In this document: positions 29,604 to 37,040 of the stretch, piece after piece
Position numbering within the stretch: position 1 is the first letter of the stretch
Layout: each line of letters begins with the position of its first letter
Assembly (NCBI GenBank): GCA_001773955.1
Contig: MEYH01000090.1
Span: 22,428 to 60,974, forward strand
Source: Candidatus Sediminicultor quintus
GTDB taxonomy: Bacteria > Atribacterota > Phoenicimicrobiia > Phoenicimicrobiales > Phoenicimicrobiaceae
DNA: 38,547 bases
Reading direction: 5' to 3'
Notes under the pieces: model-generated
The model's input: only the letters and a program-made list of their open reading frames with translations
Told to the model about the DNA's origin: nothing
The model's database searches: none
Translations under genes and position numbers: made by a program

Positions 29604-30926
29604 ATGAAAATATTAGGAATAATTACTGAATATAATCCTTTTCATAATGGCCATCTTTACCATCTTTTTAAAGCAAAAGAAATAACCCGAGCAGATTATG
29701 TAGTAGCAGTAATGAGCGGAAATTTCCTGCAGAGAGGAGAGCCGGCAATTATAAATAAATGGGCTCGAACAAAGATGGCATTAAATGCCGGTGTTGATCT
29801 GATAATTGAACTCCCTTTTGTTTTTTCTACTCAAGATGCAAACGGTTTTGCCTTTGGCGCAGTAAAATTACTTGATTCGCTTAAGATTATAGATTATTTA
29901 TGCTTTGGCTGTGAAACTGATAACCTTGATACCCTATACTCTATAAGCAATTTTTTAGATGCTGAACCACAAAAATATAAAGAATTGATAGTATACTATA
30001 GCAAAAAGGGGTACGAATTTCCCAAGGCAAGGAGTCAGGCCTTATGTGAATATCATAGAATATTAGGGTTAGAAGGTTTAGAAAAAATATCAACTTTAGA
30101 GTTAAGTAAATTATTAAAATACCCCAATAACATTTTAGCTTTAGAATATATAAAACATCTATTAAATTTAAAGAGCAAAATCAAGCCTATAGCCATAAAA
30201 AGAATAGGGGCAAGCTATCATCAAAAAAATATTAAAGGTAAAATTTCCAGTGCCACCTCTATCAGAAATGAAATACTGAATAACTTGAGCCCCCCTAAAA
30301 CCGACCTTTTTATACTAAATGATAAAATAAAATCAACCATTCCTCCATCAGGATTTTCTGTATTAGAGAGTGAATTAAGAGAAGGCAGAGGGCCTATTAC
30401 CCTCGACTCTTACCGGCAATCTATTTTTGCTATATTAAGAAGAATGTCATCGGATGATATTTTCCGTATTCAGGGAGTAACCGAAGGATTAGAAAATAGA
30501 ATAGAGAAAGCATCTTTAAAATCTTATACTACTGAACAACTAATTAATGCAATTAAAACCAGGAGATATACCCGTACTAAAATTCAGCGCATAATTTTAC
30601 ACATTATGATGAATCTATCCAAAGGAGATATATCCATATTCAATAAGTATGGGCCTTTGTATGCAAGGGTTTTGGGATTCTCTAAAAAAGGGAAAACTTT
30701 ATTAAGAGCTATTAAAAAAAATTCTTCTACACCTTTAATCAGTAAATTATCAAATTATTTAAGGCAAATAATTTACGAGGAAAATAATCGTGTTCAAAAT
30801 AGTTTAGTGAAGATGCTTGATTATGACATTCTCGCTACTGATATATATGTTCTTGGAAATAAAAAAGCAGAAGATAGGGTGGCTCGGCTTGATTTTACCC
30901 ACAAAATAGAGATGAAAGAAGACTAA
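29604..30926 (+). CDS. tmcAL: tRNA(Met) cytidine acetate ligase TmcAL (YlbM, HIGH nucleotidyltransferase)
   Basis: EYNPFHNGH, MSGNFLQRGEPA, FGCE, PNNILALEY, SATSIR, EGLENR, KTRRYTRTKIQR. Confidence 0.9.
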   Translation: MKILGIITEYNPFHNGHLYHLFKAKEITRADYVVAVMSGNFLQRGEPAIINKWARTKMALNAGVDLIIELPFVFSTQDANGFAFGAVKLLDSLKIIDYLCFGCETDNLDTLYSISNFLDAEPQKYKELIVYYSKKGYEFPKARSQALCEYHRILGLEGLEKISTLELSKLLKYPNNILALEYIKHLLNLKSKIKPIAIKRIGASYHQKNIKGKISSATSIRNEILNNLSPPKTDLFILNDKIKSTIPPSGFSVLESELREGRGPITLDSYRQSIFAILRRMSSDDIFRIQGVTEGLENRIEKASLKSYTTEQLINAIKTRRYTRTKIQRIILHIMMNLSKGDISIFNKYGPLYARVLGFSKKGKTLLRAIKKNSSTPLISKLSNYLRQIIYEENNRVQNSLVKMLDYDILATDIYVLGNKKAEDRVARLDFTHKIEMKED

Positions 30927-30935
30927 ATTATTAGA

Positions 30936-30960
30936 AGGGCACAATGAATTGTGCCCCTAC
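30936..30960 (-). repeat. Single GTAG-type REP between convergent genes
   Basis: Minus strand GTAG-GGGCACAAT-TC-ATTGTGCCC. Confidence 0.8.
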
Positions 30961-31083
30961 AAAAGATACGAATTTATTCTAAATTCTATTTTCTGGCTCC
31001 TATCTTCTTTCTTTTATTTGTTATACAACCGCTAACCAGCTAACCAACTAACATATTTTATCATCTGTAATAATTTATCATTT

Positions 31084-32076
31084 TTATAATTTTATTAATT
31101 TCATTATTGCATCATCAAAATCATCAACCGGGATGATTCTAATACCATGACTGAATTTAAGAGCTTCTGGGTAATTTTTTTGAGGCACTAAAAATACATC
31201 GGCTTTATGTTTTTTTGCAGATATTATTTTTTGTTTAATTCCATCTACTTCGGTTATTCTCCCATCCATACTTAAATTACCGGTACCGGCGATCAACAAA
31301 CCACTGCTTAGATCGTTTTCGGTTAATTGATTCAACATTTCTAAGGCGATCATTAGACCAGCAGAAGGTCCTTTTATCTTTTCTAAATCTATTTCTATTT
31401 TTAAGGGGAATCTGCATTGAAGATCTTTAGTATCAGCATAGATACCTATCCCTATTCCTTCTGTTTCGTCATCAGTACCAGGAAGTTCAATGAGAGGAAT
31501 TGATGTTGAATAAGTACTATTATCTCTTAAAAAAGTAATTTTTACAATTTGACTTAAATTATAACTTCTGATAATTTCTGAAAATTCTTCCAGAATATAA
31601 ACCGGTTGCTCATCAATTTTTATAATCACATCACCCGGTAATAATTTATTTTTTGCCGGACTATTATCCAATATTCCGTTAATCAATATTCCCCGTCCTG
31701 ATATTTCAGTAGAATATCCTGCTTTCCTTATAGCTACAACCTGGGAAATCATCTGGCTTTCCTGCATTAATTTTTCCATTATATCAATATAATCTTTTTG
31801 TTTCATATTCAATAATATTTCATCATCCTTATTTTTTAAATCGATATTAGGGTCAAAAAACCCATAAATATATAATAATAAATTAGCTTTTATTATAGCG
31901 GTTGAAGTGAGGAGGAATTGGCCTTTAGCGTCTTTTTCGCCGTTTTCCACCGTAATATTTTTACTAAGATTGATGGCCTGCCCGGGAATTATCAGGAAAT
32001 AGGGAGTAGGCATTAGATTAAGTAAGAATAGAACTGTGATTATAATAATTAAAAAATATCTTTTAAAATAGTACAT
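31084..32076 (-). CDS. Membrane-anchored PDZ domain / Lon-like (S16) protease, YlbL-like
   Basis: N-terminal TM segment, PDZ SPAKNKLLPGDVI, GPSAG catalytic Ser, IAGTG, GIKQKI. Confidence 0.88.
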   Translation of the reverse strand: MYYFKRYFLIIIITVLFLLNLMPTPYFLIIPGQAINLSKNITVENGEKDAKGQFLLTSTAIIKANLLLYIYGFFDPNIDLKNKDDEILLNMKQKDYIDIMEKLMQESQMISQVVAIRKAGYSTEISGRGILINGILDNSPAKNKLLPGDVIIKIDEQPVYILEEFSEIIRSYNLSQIVKITFLRDNSTYSTSIPLIELPGTDDETEGIGIGIYADTKDLQCRFPLKIEIDLEKIKGPSAGLMIALEMLNQLTENDLSSGLLIAGTGNLSMDGRITEVDGIKQKIISAKKHKADVFLVPQKNYPEALKFSHGIRIIPVDDFDDAIMKLIKL

Positions 32077-32158
32077 TGTTTCTCTTTATTACCCAGATAG
32101 GTTTATATTCCGATTCAATAATAAATATTTTCACTAAAAAAATTGCTAAAGTTCTTTT

Positions 32159-32647
32159 TTAAGCTTTTCTATTAAAAAATAATGTCTTTAACTTTTTCTC
32201 TACAATTTCCGGGACCAACTGGGATATGTTACCATTTAAACTCGCTATTTCTTTAACTATACTGGAATTTAAATAAGAATACTTGGAACAAGTAACCAAA
32301 AAAATTGTTTCAATCTCCGGAGCAAGTCCTTTATTCATTAAAGCCAGTTGTGATTCATGTTCAAAATCAGAGATGGCTCTCATCCCCCTGATGATAATAT
32401 TTGCTTTATTTTTTCTCACAAAATCAGTTAATAAACCGGAAAATGACAGCACTTCAACATTCTCCAAATCCTTGATGGCCTCTTTTATCATATCTGCTCT
32501 TTCTTGGGCTGAAAACAAAGTTGATTTTTTAGAATCGACTGCCACTGCTACTATTAATTTATCAACAATTATTATAGTTCTTTTAATGATATTTAAATGG
32601 CCATTAGTAATTGGATCAAAACTACCTGGATAAACGGCAATTTTCAT
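32159..32647 (-). CDS. coaD: Pantetheine-phosphate adenylyltransferase
   Basis: AVYPGSFDPITNGH, IRGMRAISDFEHE, SSIVKEIA. Confidence 0.97.
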   Translation of the reverse strand: MKIAVYPGSFDPITNGHLNIIKRTIIIVDKLIVAVAVDSKKSTLFSAQERADMIKEAIKDLENVEVLSFSGLLTDFVRKNKANIIIRGMRAISDFEHESQLALMNKGLAPEIETIFLVTCSKYSYLNSSIVKEIASLNGNISQLVPEIVEKKLKTLFFNRKA

Positions 32648-32663
32648 TTTTCCCTCCTTTATT

Positions 32664-32859
32664 AGTGGATAGTGAATAGTCGTTAGTATATAGTATCGCG
32701 TATTGCGTATAGTGATTCAGTATCGAGTATCGAGTAAAGATTCAGACACTTTTATACTTTTATTTTTAATAAGTACTTATTTTTATAATTTCAGAAATTT
32801 AAGCTTATTACTCATTACATATTACTTGTTACTGTATTTTATACGATATACGATATACG
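32664..32859. repeat. Spacer bounded by heptamer arrays and containing module B
   Basis: About ten AGT/CGT heptamers at 32664-32740; module B at 32791-32844; GATATAC units at 32841-32859. Confidence 0.85.
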
Positions 32860-32861
32860 GA

Positions 32862-33419
32862 TTAGATATTAACATAATCGTAAAAAGATAGATAGCACTC
32901 TCCGTATCTTCTTTGATTAAACAGTCTCAAATTATTTATATTTTCCAAAACTTTTTCTTTTTTGTGATGTTGGGCAATCACCAAGCCATTATGTCTCAAT
33001 ATAGGTAATTTCGCTATTTCTAACAAAGAAATGTTTACCAGCCCTCTGCTGTAAGGAGGGTCAAGAAAGATGTAATCCAATAGATAATTTTTTTTAACTA
33101 ATAATTTTAAACCGGACAAAAAATCTATTTTGTAAACTACAACATTTTGGCTGTTTCCAGTTTTTTCTAAATTATCTTTTATAATTTTTACACATTTTGG
33201 TTCTCTCTCGATAAATATTACTTCTCTTGCTCCCCTGCTTAAGGCTTCAATTCCTACTGCACCGGTACCTGCAAATAGATCTAAAAAGCAGGTTTCCTTG
33301 ACAGATGTTCCCAAAATATCAAATAAAGCTTCCCTCACTTTTTCAGAAGTAGGACGAACAGATAAATCCTTGGGGGATTTTAATATATTACCTTTATTCT
33401 TACCAGCAACAATTCTCAT
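32862..33419 (-). CDS. rsmD: 16S rRNA m2G966 methyltransferase RsmD
   Basis: MRIVAG, RPTSEKVREALF, LDLFAGTGAVGIEALSRG, FLDPPY; start reassigned to ATG at 33419. Confidence 0.95.
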   Translation of the reverse strand: MRIVAGKNKGNILKSPKDLSVRPTSEKVREALFDILGTSVKETCFLDLFAGTGAVGIEALSRGAREVIFIEREPKCVKIIKDNLEKTGNSQNVVVYKIDFLSGLKLLVKKNYLLDYIFLDPPYSRGLVNISLLEIAKLPILRHNGLVIAQHHKKEKVLENINNLRLFNQRRYGECYLSFYDYVNI

Positions 33420-33433
33420 AATTTTACCTTTCG

Positions 33434-33647
33434 AATTAGTCGTTAGTGAATAGTGAATAGTCGTTAGTATTAAATACACGTTTTCGGTTTTTGGTTCTCG
33501 GTTTTCAGTAAATAGGGCTGTATTGCTTGTTTTATTAACCGGTAAACCGGGTAACTGAGTAAACTATACATACGAGATACGAATTAGACTTCTTTCTTCT
33601 TCTTTTCTTAACTAACTAACCAGGTAATCACTTAACCAGCTAACTAA
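33434..33647. repeat. Composite repeat region: module A (inverted), TTTTCGG-type heptamers, octamer arrays
   Basis: AGTCGTT AGTGAAT AGTGAAT AGTCGTT; TTTTCGG TTTTTGG TTCTCGG TTTTCAG; octamers at 33535-33566 and 33608-33647. Confidence 0.85.
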
Positions 33648-33680
33648 ATATTATAAACTTTAAATTATTTATATTATTAC

Positions 33681-33710
33681 TTGCCAAGACTTTATATAAT
33701 ATGATAAAAT
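33681..33710 (+). promoter_or_regulatory. Candidate rpmB promoter
   Basis: TTGCCA-N18-TAAAAT with a TG extended -10, followed by an AGGAGG RBS. Confidence 0.6.
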
Positions 33711-33755
33711 GTCTACTGTTAGATATTTTTTACAACTAACAGGAGGAAATATAAA

Positions 33756-33944
33756 ATGGCAAAATGTGATATTTGTGGTAAAGGTCCACAATTTGGCAAT
33801 AAAATAAGCCACTCTCATAGAGTTACTAAAAGAATGTGGCATCCCAATATACAAAAAATAAAAACAAATATTGATAATACCGTAAAAAGAATTAATATCT
33901 GTACTAAATGCTTAAAAGCTAGTAAGGTAAAGAAAAGTTCTTAA
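33756..33944 (+). CDS. rpmB: 50S ribosomal protein L28 (zinc-binding form)
   Basis: CDICGKGPQFGNKISHSH, TKRMWHPNIQ, CTKCLK. Confidence 0.97.
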   Translation: MAKCDICGKGPQFGNKISHSHRVTKRMWHPNIQKIKTNIDNTVKRINICTKCLKASKVKKSS

Positions 33945-34783
33945 CCATACCATTCTTTAAGTTTATCAATAATTTCATTAGTTATCCAGTCAGGAGTAGA
34001 GGTACCACTAACAATTCCAACTTTACCTTCAGGATAAAACCATTTATATTTTAGTTGGTTTTTAGTTTCAATATGATAAGTCTTTACTCCCTGATTCTTA
34101 CCTATTTCTGCTAATCGAGTTGTATTGGCGCTTTCCTTTCCTCCAATCACCAACATCACATCTACTTCTTTTGCCAACTCAAGTACGCTCTTTTGTCTTT
34201 CCGTGGTAGATTTACATATTGTATTAAATATTCTTAATTCCTCAGCTCTGTTTAACAGGGCAGATGATAATTTAAAAAAATCATAAATATTTTTGGTGGT
34301 TTGAGATATAAAACCAATTTTTTTCTTTGTGGTTATCTTCTCTACATCGGGAATTGAATTTATTACTAAAGCATTGTTTTGAATCGTATCCAATAAACTT
34401 AGTACTTCGGGATGTTTTTTGTCTCCATAGACAACTATAAAATAGTTCTTCTCGTATAAATAACGCGCTATTTTTTGTACTTTTCTAACATATGGACAGG
34501 TAGTGTCAACTACCGATAATTTTTTTTGGTAAGCTTTTTTAAGCATTGTAGGAGAAATACCGTGCGCCCTGGTTATAACCGTGCCTTCTTCCGGAACTTC
34601 ATCTAAAGTATCTGCTATCTTTACTCCCTTTTTTATAAAATATTCTATAACCTGAGGATTATTTATTATTGAACCCAGCATATACAGGTTATTTTTTCTT
34701 GCTTTTAAGGCATTTTTGGCTAATTTTACGGATTTTTTGACTCCAAAACAAAATCCCATTCTTTTAGATAATATTATTTTCAA
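33941..34783 (-). CDS. ispH: 4-hydroxy-3-methylbut-2-enyl diphosphate reductase IspH
   Basis: GFCFGV, RAHG, DTTCPYV, HPEV, SQTT, NTICKST, SAN, GTSTPDW; no S1 fusion. Confidence 0.94.
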   Translation of the reverse strand: MKIILSKRMGFCFGVKKSVKLAKNALKARKNNLYMLGSIINNPQVIEYFIKKGVKIADTLDEVPEEGTVITRAHGISPTMLKKAYQKKLSVVDTTCPYVRKVQKIARYLYEKNYFIVVYGDKKHPEVLSLLDTIQNNALVINSIPDVEKITTKKKIGFISQTTKNIYDFFKLSSALLNRAEELRIFNTICKSTTERQKSVLELAKEVDVMLVIGGKESANTTRLAEIGKNQGVKTYHIETKNQLKYKWFYPEGKVGIVSGTSTPDWITNEIIDKLKEWYG

Positions 34784-35489
34784 TTTGTTTTTCCCTGCAT
34801 TCTCTAATTTTTTTTATTATCTTTAAAATTTTATCTTTAACTTCTTCAATGTTTTTGTTTGTAGAATCTATAAGAATAGCATCTTTTGCCTTGATCAAAG
34901 GGGCATATTTTCTCTTACTATCAATTTTATCCCTCTGCATTATCTGTTTTTTAACTACTTCGTAATCTATATTATAACCTTTATTTATTAGTTCTCTATA
35001 CCTTCTTTTAGTTCTTTCCTCCTCAGAAGCAGTAAAATAGAGTTTTATATCAGCCTGCGGTAAAATTATCGAACCTATATCTCTACCTTCCATTATAATG
35101 TTCCCTTTTTCAGCTAATTTTCTCTGCAGATAAATTAATTGTTTTCTAATTTTGGGCAATCTGGCTACCTGAGAAACATTTTGATCAATCCTGGGATTGC
35201 GTATTTCCTCAGTTACATCTTCTCCGTCAACAAAGATGTGATAATAATCATTTGGACTCTTATTATTTGCTCTCTCTATAGTTATACAAATATCTGAAAC
35301 CAGGTTGGAAATCATTTCTTCATCATTTATACTAATACTATTTTTTAGAACCTTCCAGGTTATTGCCCTGTAAATTGCTCCTGTGTCAATATATAAAAAG
35401 CCTAATTCTTGTGCAATCAATTTACCCATAGTGCTTTTTCCCACAGCAGCTGGTCCATCTATAGCGATTACTAAACCATTATTTTTCAT
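34764..35489 (-). CDS. cmk: Cytidylate kinase
   Basis: IAIDGPAAVGKST, DTGAIYR, MEGRDIG, RDKIDSKR..APL. Confidence 0.97.
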   Translation of the reverse strand: MKNNGLVIAIDGPAAVGKSTMGKLIAQELGFLYIDTGAIYRAITWKVLKNSISINDEEMISNLVSDICITIERANNKSPNDYYHIFVDGEDVTEEIRNPRIDQNVSQVARLPKIRKQLIYLQRKLAEKGNIIMEGRDIGSIILPQADIKLYFTASEEERTKRRYRELINKGYNIDYEVVKKQIMQRDKIDSKRKYAPLIKAKDAILIDSTNKNIEEVKDKILKIIKKIRECREKQIENNII

Positions 35490-35501
35490 TAATTCACCCC
35501 A

Positions 35502-35769
35502 AATTAGTCGTTAGTGAATAGTGAATAGTCGTTAATTTATCCTATTGCGTATCGAGTATCGCTTAAAGAAAATTATTTTTTTCAATTATCGACTATCAGT
35601 ATATTAAATTTTCTGTTATCGCTTCGTCATTTCTTTTTGTAATGACATTTCTGTTTTTTTTATTCTTAATTCTGTCTTCTATCTTCTTAACGAGATACGA
35701 ATTTATCTCCTGAATTCTTCTCTCTTTAATTTTCTTTACGATATCCGATATACCATATACGATATACTA
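35502..35769. repeat. Spacer bounded by inverted heptamer arrays
   Basis: AATTAGTCGTTAGTGAATAGTGAATAGTCGTTA (35502-35534) is identical to 33434-33466; TAAAGAAAATTA (35564-35575) / TAATTTTCTTTA (35727-35738); GATATAC-type array to 35769. Confidence 0.85.
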
Positions 35770-35776
35770 TAAACTG

Positions 35777-36502
35777 CTATATTATTTTCTTCAGACTTTT
35801 AATTTCTTCTTTATTTAAATATCTATACTCTCCCGGTTTTACACCTTTTAAAAAAATTGGGCCTAACTGAATTCTTCTCAGTTTTAGAACAAAATGTCCA
35901 ATATATTCGCCCATTTTCCTGATCTGTCTTTTCTTTCCTTCTCTTATTTTTATTTTTAGTATGGCATTTCTATTGGAAATTTTTAGCAAATAAATACTGC
36001 AGGGTGATATCCTATAATTATTTTCTAAGATAACTCCTTTTGATAAGATTTTTAATTTTTCAGGAGTGGGAATTCCCTTCACTTCAACAATGTAAACCTT
36101 TTCTACTTCTTTTGCTGGATGAGTTAAAGCATAGGCTAATTCACCATCATTAGTAAGAATTAATATTCCTTCCGAATTAAAATCTAAACGGCCAACCGGG
36201 TATACTCTTTCTTTTACACCTTTTAATAAATCTAAAACAACCGGTCTGCCAAAAGGATCGGATAAAGAAGTTAAATATCCTTTGGGTTTATTTAATAATA
36301 CATAGGAATACTGTTTTTTTTCTTCATATTTTACTAATTTACCCTTTATTTCAACAATATCTTTTTGAGGGTCAACCTTGGTTCCCAATTTAGTAACAAC
36401 AGAATTATTTACCCTTACCTGCCCCTGAAGGATAAGTTCTTCACACTTTCTTCGGGAAGCAATCCCTGCTCCCGCCATATATTTTTGCAATCTTTCCATC
36501 AT
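35777..36502 (-). CDS. rluB: 23S rRNA pseudouridine synthase, RluB/RsuA family
   Basis: S4 domain ERLQKY..GIASRRKCEELI, NKPKG, VGRLD, EGKKRQIR; follows scpAB. Confidence 0.88.
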   Translation of the reverse strand: MMERLQKYMAGAGIASRRKCEELILQGQVRVNNSVVTKLGTKVDPQKDIVEIKGKLVKYEEKKQYSYVLLNKPKGYLTSLSDPFGRPVVLDLLKGVKERVYPVGRLDFNSEGILILTNDGELAYALTHPAKEVEKVYIVEVKGIPTPEKLKILSKGVILENNYRISPCSIYLLKISNRNAILKIKIREGKKRQIRKMGEYIGHFVLKLRRIQLGPIFLKGVKPGEYRYLNKEEIKSLKKII

Positions 36503-36503
36503 A

Positions 36504-37040
36504 TCATTTAATCCCGATTTCGCTTAGTTTAGGAAGATCGTTAATTTTTTTTAAGCCGAAATGTATTAAAAAAAAGTCTGTAACTTTGTAAAGTAAAGGA
36601 TTTCCAGGTACTTTTTTTCTACCGCTAATTTTTACAAATTTATGCTTGAGTAAATTAAATAAGACCCCTGAGCAACTTACTCCCCTTATCTTTTCAATTT
36701 CTAAACGAGTTACCGGTTGATTGTAGGCAATAATAGCCAGTGTTTCCAGGGATGCTTTGGAAATTTGATGCTTTCTTTTATTTTCTAAGATTTTTTTTAC
36801 CCAAATAGAATACTGGGGCTTGGTACCAAGTTTATACCCACCAGCAATTTCATATATTTTAAATGGTCTACTATCGTCGTCATATTTTGAGATTAATTCA
36901 TTAATAATCAATCTACTTTTTCTTTTCTCAAGATCGGTAATCTCTTTTATCTTATCAAGAGTTAATGGATTATTATATACCAGCAATAAGCATTCTATTA
37001 TATTGCTCCATCTTGTATTGTTTCTTGATTCTTCTTTAAC
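36504..37040 (-). CDS. scpB: Segregation and condensation protein ScpB
   Basis: SKASLETLAIIAYNQPVTRLEIEKIRGV, GRKKVPGNP, FLIHFGL...LP. The conserved IIECLL segment lies upstream of the ORF-track start (36986), so the start is uncertain (36998 or 37040). Confidence 0.9.
   Translation of the reverse strand, partial: VKEESRNNTRWSNIIECLLLVYNNPLTLDKIKEITDLEKRKSRLIINELISKYDDDSRPFKIYEIAGGYKLGTKPQYSIWVKKILENKRKHQISKASLETLAIIAYNQPVTRLEIEKIRGVSCSGVLFNLLKHKFVKISGRKKVPGNPLLYKVTDFFLIHFGLKKINDLPKLSEIGIK

Noticed and set aside
32703-32891. 62-aa plus-strand ORF in the coaD-rsmD spacer
   Set aside because: It is a translation of the heptamer arrays (low-complexity Y/L/I/T) with no RBS and overlaps the rsmD end.
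33420-33479. 20-aa N-terminal extension of RsmD in the ORF track
   Set aside because: Encoded by module A repeats; the family N-terminus MRIVAG starts at 33419 with an AAGGT RBS.
33669-33854. 61-aa minus-strand ORF
   Set aside because: Antisense to rpmB and its promoter; no motif support.
6230-35776. Intergenic repeats as a CRISPR array
   Set aside because: No regularly spaced identical direct repeats with unique spacers, and no cas genes.
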